DNA of 64,000 nt from Macrostomum lignano (lineage: Eukaryota): the NCBI GenBank assembly GCA_002269645.1, contig NIVC01003947.1, forward strand, positions 1-64,000, in the 5' to 3' direction. A program made the position numbers and the translations under genes. The notes under the pieces were generated by a model, which did no database searches, had not been told where the DNA came from, and was given only the letters and a program-made list of their open reading frames with translations. Shown here piece after piece: positions 37,515 to 45,411 of this stretch (position 1 is the first letter of the stretch; the number at the start of each line of letters is the position of its first letter).

Positions 37515-38244
37515 TTAAGCAAGTAATTCTGCTAGCTCTTTATCAACATTGTTATGTCCCTCTGCTTTTGCGGCTAGTAATGTCAACACTCTTTCACTGA
37601 GTCCAGATCCCGGTTTTACTCGATATCCTGGTGGATTATCTTTCAATATCCTTACTGCTTGCTTATAATTCCCACTTGATTTGGCCGCTGGATTTTTACA
37701 GTGTTCAATGAGGTTAACATAATCCTGCAATGTTTGCATCTTGAATTGCTTCAGCTCTTCACCATTTTCAGTTACTTTAGGCATTTTGAACAACTCTTCA
37801 AGATCTTCAGAAAATGGCATTCGAATTCGTTGACAATGATGTCTCGACCTTGTTCATGGAATTCAACATCTATTACAGATGATCCAAATATATATCCAGC
37901 ATCAGTTTTTTGAATCCGTATACTAGGCGCTGGTCTTTGAGTTATTGGAATCTTTCCAATTTCTTCAATTATTTTGTCAAATACTTCCAGGGTTCAAATC
38001 GTCCTTTTGGTGTACTTGATTGCGGAACTGGAACTTTTTGATTCTGAAGTTTATCAACAAGGTTGGCATTGACATCAATAAATTCATCGAGCTTTTCTGT
38101 GACAGGTTTTTGAGCTAATGGAGCCACTCTTGCATATAAACTCTCTTCTCCAATTTTCAAATAGCGTTGAGCATCATTTCTGGATTTGTACGTTTCTCGC
38201 TGCTTTGCTAAATTAATGAGTTCTCTTATATATTCATTAGTCAT
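37515..38244 (-). pseudogene. Conserved Polinton hypothetical protein, two frameshifts
   Basis: ORFs 37969-38244 and 37515-37820 are bridged by an open third frame (LEVFDKIIEEIGKIP...); C-terminal GSGLSERVLTLLAAKAEGHNN..E motif. Confidence 0.6.
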
Positions 38245-38246
38245 TT

Positions 38247-39009
38247 TTACAATGGGATTTTAGTTAGAACATCCTTATACAAATCTTGCTCATCCTCATC
38301 AGCTCTTGTATTTATATAGATATAGCCATACTTCTTTTTCCAAGCCTCTCTACATTTAGCCTTGATATAGCGTTTCGTTTCTATATTTCTAGCAATGTGA
38401 TTCAAGTTTGTATCTTTTTGTTTAAAGATTATGTAACATGTCGTATTCTCCCTGACAGTATTGCGATCTAGTTTGGTAAAATTTTGAGCTAGATAAAAAC
38501 CACAACAGTTTCCATGCCTGCCTCTCTGAAACAGACTTTCCTGAAATGTTTGATTAGCCTCTCCCAAAACATCGTCCAAATCACACATGTCTTTAGTCCA
38601 TTATGAAAAATTTCTTCATTTGGAGTATGGGAAAGAGTGACAGGAATTTTCTCTATTACTTCTGAATTTTCTGATGTGCTTTGCACTCGACCAGGGTTGG
38701 CTGCCTCTCGACAAATATGTCTAATATCTTCAGGAGATGCATCCTCACTCACCTGGTAGACATGATAGAGTGAGTTGATAAGAGAAGGTGGGAGACCATT
38801 TTCAAAGCCATATTTAGAAACTGATACTCTGGATCCATTTGAGATGCTCTGGGAACATATAAAACTAACTCATTAAAGTCAACTAGTTTTTCAGGACTTG
38901 TAAGAATATGGAATAGTAAATATGTTTTACCCGTATTTGTAGCGCCGATAATACAACATAAAAGAGGATTAGGGAAAATAGGATCATGCTGAAATTTTAC
39001 TTTGGGCAT
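38247..39009 (-). pseudogene. A32/FtsK-like genome packaging ATPase, two frameshifts
   Basis: Walker A IIGATNTGKT; LFQRGRH..C..FYLAQ and VREN...IIFKQ motifs spread over three ORFs. Confidence 0.9.
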
Positions 39010-39030
39010 TTAAAAAAAGAAAAAATGACC

Positions 39031-40395
39031 TTATTCGACGCGGGTCATTTGATATTCACTGGTAACTTTTATTACATTCTTTGTTTGTTCAAGAATTAGT
39101 GCAAAAGCAGTCAGCTCAACATTTGTTGACTTCTTGATAAATAATTGAATATTCACTCCACTCTTGACCAGAAACTCATCTTGAGCTGTTAGATCAAAGC
39201 AAAAGATTGGATAGATGGTTAGAAAGTCTTGTTTATTGAATGGAGGAGTTACACCGAAACGGCTGCAGATGTCTTCGTACATTTCATACGCTCTGTGAAT
39301 GTCTTGAGCTACTGGATCAATTTCAACATAATCATTCGGATACATCACCTGATTTAATCTGACTTGAAGCTGGGTTATTTTCACTGCATTTGCTCCAGTT
39401 TTGTAAGACACATACTTGTGATCATTAACTATATATGATGGGTTGTTTACGTCATATTTGAAAGCTACAAAGATTGCAAGTGGCATATTGGAGATGTTGG
39501 CTATGTTCCATGTATATGGACTTCCTTGAATGAGTTGTGGTGGAACCGTTACCCTCTCTGGAAATGATACTGTAATGTCCTTGTTGAGTGATTTTAGAAA
39601 AGCTGCTTCAGCACTGGGTGACAAAGTAATAGCAGGGATCCAAATCTCAAAGCTATTAATAGTTAACTTAGCTTCCGTCCCGGCAGCTCCAAAGAAAATT
39701 TCAGCATCGTTAGTCTTTCTTGTCCATGTGAATTTATATTTAATTCCTTTGCTAATCTTCTGCCAATCAAGGAACCCAATGAGAGGTGTTAATGATAGTT
39801 TGATTGTTCCACCTCTGTTTGGAGCATTAGTGACATTGTTATAATTTTCAAGCCTCCTAATGTATCCAGTATTCGAATCCTTCTTATTGAGTCTATTTTT
39901 CATAGCGATTGCTGCAGTTCTCACAGCTTCAGCATCTGCGTTGTTTGCTAGAGGTATATCAGAAACAGTCCCAGCATCTCCAGTGTCTGGAATCCATCCG
40001 TATGCTTCTCCAACTTCATTCATTAATTTTGAGTACATTACGGACTTTAAGATTGTGTCATACTCTCCAGGATCATTATAGACTTTCTTTGTTCCTCCAA
40101 TGTCAACTATGAGTTGAGAGAAAAGTCTCATAGGCCAATTATGTTCTAGAGTAATGTTCGTATTCAAGTCGGTGTTATCTCGTTGTGTTATTGAGTATTT
40201 TATACAACCGAATGCCTCTGACATGAGAATGTATGACTCTGTTGAATTGACTTCATGAACTATTTGACCTCCTGCAACATTGAGATTATTAGTGCTACCT
40301 GGAGTTGGAGAAATCTTAATATAGTCTTCTTTCTTTTTGAAAAAGCTAAAAGTTTTGTCCTCATATATGCTCAGTATATCCTTTTTGTTCTCCAT
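39031..40395 (-). CDS. Major capsid protein (double jelly-roll)
   Basis: Intact 454-aa beta-rich ORF between ATPase and core genes; NWPMRLFSQLIVDIGG, ITQLQVRLNQVMYP, YPIFCFDLT patterns. Confidence 0.88.
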   Translation of the reverse strand: MENKKDILSIYEDKTFSFFKKKEDYIKISPTPGSTNNLNVAGGQIVHEVNSTESYILMSEAFGCIKYSITQRDNTDLNTNITLEHNWPMRLFSQLIVDIGGTKKVYNDPGEYDTILKSVMYSKLMNEVGEAYGWIPDTGDAGTVSDIPLANNADAEAVRTAAIAMKNRLNKKDSNTGYIRRLENYNNVTNAPNRGGTIKLSLTPLIGFLDWQKISKGIKYKFTWTRKTNDAEIFFGAAGTEAKLTINSFEIWIPAITLSPSAEAAFLKSLNKDITVSFPERVTVPPQLIQGSPYTWNIANISNMPLAIFVAFKYDVNNPSYIVNDHKYVSYKTGANAVKITQLQVRLNQVMYPNDYVEIDPVAQDIHRAYEMYEDICSRFGVTPPFNKQDFLTIYPIFCFDLTAQDEFLVKSGVNIQLFIKKSTNVELTAFALILEQTKNVIKVTSEYQMTRVE

Positions 40396-40415
40396 TTTTA
40401 TAAGAGAAATTTCAA

Positions 40416-40868
40416 CTAAGCTTCATGAGGTCTAAGAATTATCCCATTACCCTGTTTCTCCTTTTCAACTTTAAAAGTCTTTAGCAGCCACTTGACTGCT
40501 TCGCTGGGTACTTGTTCGACTCTTTTAGCCGCATCAACTAATACTCCACTCCCTTGAGCCTTTTTCAACTCTTCTAGTTTTTGCCGTTCAATGCTTTCTA
40601 TTGTCTTATTATGTTTAGCATTGTTGGCTGTATTAACACTTTTTGCAATCATTGTACCAACTCCTGAGGCTGCTCCGATACCACCCAAAATTGCTGGTAG
40701 TAAGCCTAATAGAGGAATTATTCCACCTTCATGTTCTTTCTGTTTCTCTTGCAATTCTCGAATCTTCTCTTTAGAAAGATATTGCTTTTGCTTATTTACA
40801 GTAACATATCTTGGTTTTCCCTCTCGAACATATCGATTGAGTCTTGCTTCAGTGTTTTTCTCGCTCAT
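40416..40868 (-). CDS. Putative virion core/membrane-lytic protein with GG-IIPLL amphipathic segment
   Basis: Basic N-terminus, EGGIIPLLGLLPAILGGIGAASGVG, and QGSG/QGNG glycine motifs resembling protease sites. Confidence 0.65.
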   Translation of the reverse strand: MSEKNTEARLNRYVREGKPRYVTVNKQKQYLSKEKIRELQEKQKEHEGGIIPLLGLLPAILGGIGAASGVGTMIAKSVNTANNAKHNKTIESIERQKLEELKKAQGSGVLVDAAKRVEQVPSEAVKWLLKTFKVEKEKQGNGIILRPHEA

Positions 40869-40876
40869 TTTTAAGG

Positions 40877-41299
40877 TCAGAATTTCTTCAAACCATTGCC
40901 TTGTCTCAAAGACACTTGAGACTGTTCTGCTGTTCCTAGAGCCTTTTTAACAATATCTTGAATAGCCTTATTTGATTGAGAAGCTATCTGTTGCTCTTCT
41001 TCCATTCTTTTCTTTGCTTCTTTATCTCTACGTTTCTTTTTAATATATTCCAGTTCCTCACCTGCTTTAGACATGTCACTGTATGATTTCTTCGCATCGA
41101 ATATGTTCTTCGCTGTGGTAGCTGTTTTACCTATTGCATCAGCTCCACTCACAATTTTACTTCCATGATTTGATAAAAAGTTTGTGACACCACTGATCAT
41201 ATCACCAATTCCTTCACCCTCTTTATCAGCTAGTAGTTGTGAATCAGACGTTTCAATCTGACCTTTCGCCCGTTTGCAGTTTGTTCGATAGGCGCTCAT
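40877..41299 (-). CDS. Putative virion core protein with amphipathic helix
   Basis: True start probably CTAAAAATG at 41299 (MSAYRTNCKRAK); EGEGIGDMISGVTNFLSNHG amphipathic segment; basic coiled coil; RQGNGLKKF tail. Confidence 0.6.
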   Translation of the reverse strand: MSAYRTNCKRAKGQIETSDSQLLADKEGEGIGDMISGVTNFLSNHGSKIVSGADAIGKTATTAKNIFDAKKSYSDMSKAGEELEYIKKKRRDKEAKKRMEEEQQIASQSNKAIQDIVKKALGTAEQSQVSLRQGNGLKKF

Positions 41300-42527
41300 T
41301 TTTAGTTGAAAAATTTGCTGGTAGAAGCTGGGATTTGTAAAATGATCCAATGATTTCTTCTCCATTCTCATCCTCAATAATGTAGGTTATGGGATTGGAG
41401 TAAACTATTTTCTTTATCCTAAACACTTCTGAAATTTTCCAATATCCTCTTCGACCCTTTTCAAAGTGCTCCTTATATCTATAGATATGAACTTTGTCAC
41501 CTACTTTGAAGTTTGGTTTCTCATTTGAATACTCGAAAGTTGGCTTTGGTACTCGCTCAGGATGTTTAGATGCTTCTGAAGGAGTTATCAGAATCTCAGA
41601 ATGGATTGTGTTGTTGTATTTTTCAACAATAGCTGGCAATGTGTGGAGCCACTTCTGATTACCCTGTAGATCAAATTCAAACCAGAGTTTATTTGTGAGA
41701 GTACGATTGAACCTCTCAATCATTGCATTCTTGGACTCGCCATAAATTGAAAACATCTTGTTAATATATTCACCCCTTTCATCCTTCTTTCTAATGTTGT
41801 CTTTTGAAAACGAGTATAGCTTGTACATATGCTGATTATAAAACTCCTTGCCTTCATCTACACAAAGTCTCTCTGATCGTCTTCCTGATTCCTTAAATAC
41901 TTTTTGGAAAGCTTCTGCAACTTCCGCTCCCGTCTTTGTTTTCAAAGGAACTGCCCAGGCGTAACGTGTAAAACCATCTATGATAGTTAGAGCATATTTG
42001 TAACCTCTTTCGGGCGGTAGGATAATGATATCTGCATGCCAAATTGTGTCTTTTGCATAGTGAATCATTTTTCTAAATACTCTTGGCTTTCGATATTCTT
42101 TATGCAATTTTACTGCATCTTCATAGCTAAGACCCTTACCATAAATTGTTAGACAGTCTATACAATTGTTGGGGTTGTGAGTATGAATGCCTAATCCAAA
42201 CCGAACTTTAGCCTTGATAATACGCTTTACTAGATTTCGAATGAGTCTCTCTTTCACAGACAAGTCACTGGTTGGAATAGCATCTAAATCAGCTATCATT
42301 TTTTCATCAGCTATATGCTTCTTTGCTAGAGCTTCCTCTGGATTTGAAGAAGTGTTTTCAGCATCTCTATAGTTTTTGTCATGATAGTAAGCAGTCCAAT
42401 CGATTGGGTTAATTGGTAGACTGTCATACCGAGGCCGGTCTGTAATTGGATTGAGTCTCTTGTCTAAATTTGTACCGGGCAGTTGATCCTCAGTCTTTCG
42501 AAAGAGGCTGGACTTTATCTTAAGGCA
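41253..42527 (-). CDS. PLA2-like (parvovirus-type, PLA2X) domain fused in frame to an RVE (retroviral-type) integrase; start codon not resolved
   Basis: Frame is open from 42527: LPGTNLDKRL...PINPIDWTAYYHDKNY (HD at 42383-42378)...KHIADEKMIADL, continuing into WHADII, TIIDGFTRYAWAVPLKTK, VDEGKEF, MIERFNRTL (DDE triad). Confidence 0.9.
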   Translation of the reverse strand, partial: CLKIKSSLFRKTEDQLPGTNLDKRLNPITDRPRYDSLPINPIDWTAYYHDKNYRDAENTSSNPEEALAKKHIADEKMIADLDAIPTSDLSVKERLIRNLVKRIIKAKVRFGLGIHTHNPNNCIDCLTIYGKGLSYEDAVKLHKEYRKPRVFRKMIHYAKDTIWHADIIILPPERGYKYALTIIDGFTRYAWAVPLKTKTGAEVAEAFQKVFKESGRRSERLCVDEGKEFYNQHMYKLYSFSKDNIRKKDERGEYINKMFSIYGESKNAMIERFNRTLTNKLWFEFDLQGNQKWLHTLPAIVEKYNNTIHSEILITPSEASKHPERVPKPTFEYSNEKPNFKVGDKVHIYRYKEHFEKGRRGYWKISEVFRIKKIVYSNPITYIIEDENGEEIIGSFYKSQLLPANFSTKNERLSNKLQTGERSD

Positions 42528-42626
42528 TCATCAGGATTGACCAGATCCTTCAGCCCCACCTCCATAAAGTCTCTGAACCTTCTCCATATCCTTGTCAACT
42601 TTAATGGACGTACCATAGGTACTCGA

Positions 42627-43262
42627 TCAAAGATCGGACTTAGGAGCTTGGCTGCGGATTTCCACCATGTCCTCAAGCTTGTTACCGTTGGGAACAGGAA
42701 TTACCTGTGTTCCTTCAGAAGATTTCTCAGCTGAAGTGGTACTTGAGGCTATTGAAGGAGTTCCCGCAATTTGAAGGTGTCGCCATTCACTAAGCACTTG
42801 TTTAACCTTGGTTATAATGTTTGTGTATTTATCCCGATAAAGAAATTTCAATGCAAAATCGCCTGTTACAAGGGTGATTCCATTGTCTAGTAAAATATTC
42901 TTAGGTTCGTTTGCAGTTTTATTGATGCATACATAAAACAACTGGTAGGTGGGATTAGACTTTTTATAGTCTAATAGTTTCCGATAGTTACTTTCACGAC
43001 TTGAGGAATTGTCTGTTTTATCAGAAGATTTAAGCTCTAATGCAATCTTTCGCTCAACGTGAACCAGGTCAATCTTTTTTACCTTTTCGAATCCAAAATA
43101 TTTTTCTGCTAAAACTTCATATAGTCTACCTAGTCTCATTTGAATAACTTTAATCTTGTGTGAAATTATTAGCTCTTCTTGAAATAAATCGCAAAGAATT
43201 TGGTCATACCCCACCTTGTCGTCAATTGGTTTCAAGAGAATTTCTCGAATTTTTTGCTCCAT
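42627..43262 (-). CDS. Putative PD-(D/E)XK nuclease, type II restriction endonuclease-like (Eco47II/SinI-like pattern)
   Basis: Intact 211-aa ORF with GTAAAAATG start; IQMRLGRLYE...IDLVHVERKIALELKSSDKTDNSSS gives D-x10-ELK plus the TxNSSS tail recalled for that family. Confidence 0.6.
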   Translation of the reverse strand: MEQKIREILLKPIDDKVGYDQILCDLFQEELIISHKIKVIQMRLGRLYEVLAEKYFGFEKVKKIDLVHVERKIALELKSSDKTDNSSSRESNYRKLLDYKKSNPTYQLFYVCINKTANEPKNILLDNGITLVTGDFALKFLYRDKYTNIITKVKQVLSEWRHLQIAGTPSIASSTTSAEKSSEGTQVIPVPNGNKLEDMVEIRSQAPKSDL

Positions 43263-43769
43263 TTTTACTTTAAAAAATTTAACAAGTGCTTATCGATCGC
43301 CCTGAAGGGACGCGAGCTCTGCTCGATGACTAGCAAGGACATTGACTTTCCTCACTCAGGCCACAAGGTAACCTGCAAAAGAATACCCTGGAATATGAAA
43401 TTCTCCAGGATATTTTCCAGTAGAGAAGATGGGTGGCAGTTTTGTCATAGCTGACTGAATGTCTAATGCAGAACCAAGAAATAGTGGTATATTGAAGGCC
43501 ATTTTATAGAGATTTTTTTATTTCTTTATTTTCACTTGTAAAGTGTTTGTATACATTCCATTGAGTACTTAATAGACTGAATTTTAAGACAAGTTGAGAC
43601 AATAATCCAAAGCGACATGTTACACAAAACAGATCGCTGATAAAAGATCTTGGTATATTTTAAAAGAAACTTATAAGACGATGCATAACAATCCTTAGTC
43701 ACAGTCACAATGACAATCCTTAGTCACAGTCCTTACAGTCCTCCTTAGTCACAGTCACAGTGATAGTCC

Positions 43770-44186
43770 TTAGTCACTCATGTCTTGGTCTTGAGCAGCT
43801 TGGTCTTGAGCAGCTTGGTTTTGAGCAGCTTGGTCTTGAGCAGCTTGGTCTTGAGCAGCTTGGTTTTGAGCAGCTTGTTGTTGAGCATCCTCGTATGTCG
43901 GAGGTGCCTCTGGAACGTCTACATCTAGCGAGCGCTCGATTTCTAGTTGGCGTTGATTTTCTAAGATAGAACGATCCTTCGCAATGGTTTTTTTAACTAG
44001 CCTAAGCATCGCAATGTCGTTCTCAATTTTGTCGAAGTATACGCGATAATGCTCAAGGAATTGATTCTCATTTGTAGACGTGACGAAGCTAGTATTGGGG
44101 TATTGTGTGTGAATCAAACCTCTCAAATTGTTTCTCTCTTGTGTGTTCACAAGTATTCTAGCACGCCTAGTTGGATTTCCGGGCAT
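43770..44186 (-). CDS. Polinton hypothetical protein with coiled coil, PPTY motif and QAAQ(D/N) repeats
   Basis: 138-aa ORF; the 15-bp repeat at about 43790-43880 encodes QAAQD/N six times. Confidence 0.55.
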   Translation of the reverse strand: MPGNPTRRARILVNTQERNNLRGLIHTQYPNTSFVTSTNENQFLEHYRVYFDKIENDIAMLRLVKKTIAKDRSILENQRQLEIERSLDVDVPEAPPTYEDAQQQAAQNQAAQDQAAQDQAAQNQAAQDQAAQDQDMSD

Positions 44187-44552
44187 TCTGTTCGTTCGGA
44201 ATGAAAACTGATAATTTAAGCAGAGGACACTTGTTGCGGATACTCTATTTTGGGTATGCCCTTAAATGCTGTCTAAAATGTCTTATGCCAGCCGCTAATT
44301 GGTTGCCACTGCCCTGCCACTGCCCTGCCACTGCCCTGCCACTGCCTTGCCACTGCCCTGTGGCAGTGACAGATTTTTTCTCTCTAGAGTGAGTGAGTAG
44401 CAGTGTGTTATACGGGGCTGAGTCATCCAGCGGCAGCGAGCTGGCGCGCAATGCGCCCGAGCAATAAGTGTGGCATTGAAGTGGGTTGCAAATGCATGCT
44501 GTAGCAGCTTGGAGGGGAGTTGATGAATGGCTGTTCGCAGCTAATCTAAACC

Positions 44553-45411
44553 TTTAATTCTTTGCATGATGCTGGAGGGTTTTTGAGTGAGTCAGAGAGA
44601 ATAGAAGACAGAGGTGATGAAGATATGGAAGAAGCCATGATTCTTAGTCATCGTGATAACAATGCTGTCTACAATTCGAATACATTCAGTCCCACAGGGT
44701 GAAGGAGAATTTTTTTGCAATTCAGAAGTAATTCTATTGTGCAAAATCTGCATCAGAATTTATTCATGTTTCAGCAAGCCAATAGAAATGTTGAGTGCTG
44801 CTTTTCATTGTTGCAGAGTTGACAAGTGGTAGTTTTGTTATAGCTGACTGAATATCTAAAGCATTTCCTAGAAATATTGGTTTACTGAAGGCCATTTTAT
44901 ATATATATAATTTACTATCGTTGAATTGGATGACACTTTCATATTGTATATACCTGAAATTGCATTAAATTGACCCGAGGATCCAACTTTTCTCATGGTT
45001 TTAGAGCTGGAATCGTGAAAATTGCACTTTTTCAAAATTTTTGAAAATCACAAAAAATCGCTGTTTTCAGACCATTTTCACCTGTTTTTAGTCATTTTTC
45101 ACTTATTTTTAGTGATTTTCAAAATGAGTGAGGGCATGAGGGCGAGGGCACCCCCCCTTTTTAAAAGTATAAAAATTCCGGAAATTCTGTGTTCTGTGAA
45201 ATATTCCACAGGCCAATGCCCCCACATGCCCTCACCCTCAACACCCTCAGTCACAGATATATGTATTTTTATATTTATCACACACCCCACTTGAATCCAT
45301 GACCTCCTGGTAGTAGTAGTATGTTATAAGGGGCTGAGTCATCCAGCGAGCTGGCGCGCAATGCGCCCGAGCAATTAAGTGTGGCGCAGCCCCTTATAAC
45401 ATACTACTACT
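44553..45411 (-). repeat. Right terminal inverted repeat of the Polinton
   Basis: Reverse complement of 27154-28029 with scattered mismatches and indels; ends CATACTACTACT at 45411. Confidence 0.95.

Larger units (their letters stand above)
27154..45411. mobile_element. Polinton/Maverick (adintovirus-like) endogenous viral element, 18.3 kb
   Basis: AGTAGTAGT...ACTACTACT termini, ~870-bp TIRs, and genes for pPolB, RVE integrase, adenain-like protease, packaging ATPase, major and minor capsid proteins. Confidence 0.96.

Noticed and set aside
29641-42734. Short antisense ORFs inside the Polinton (e.g. 29641-29916, 39530-39844, 40591-40950, 42483-42734)
   Set aside because: They overlap recognisable genes on the opposite strand and have no motifs or TAAAAATG starts.
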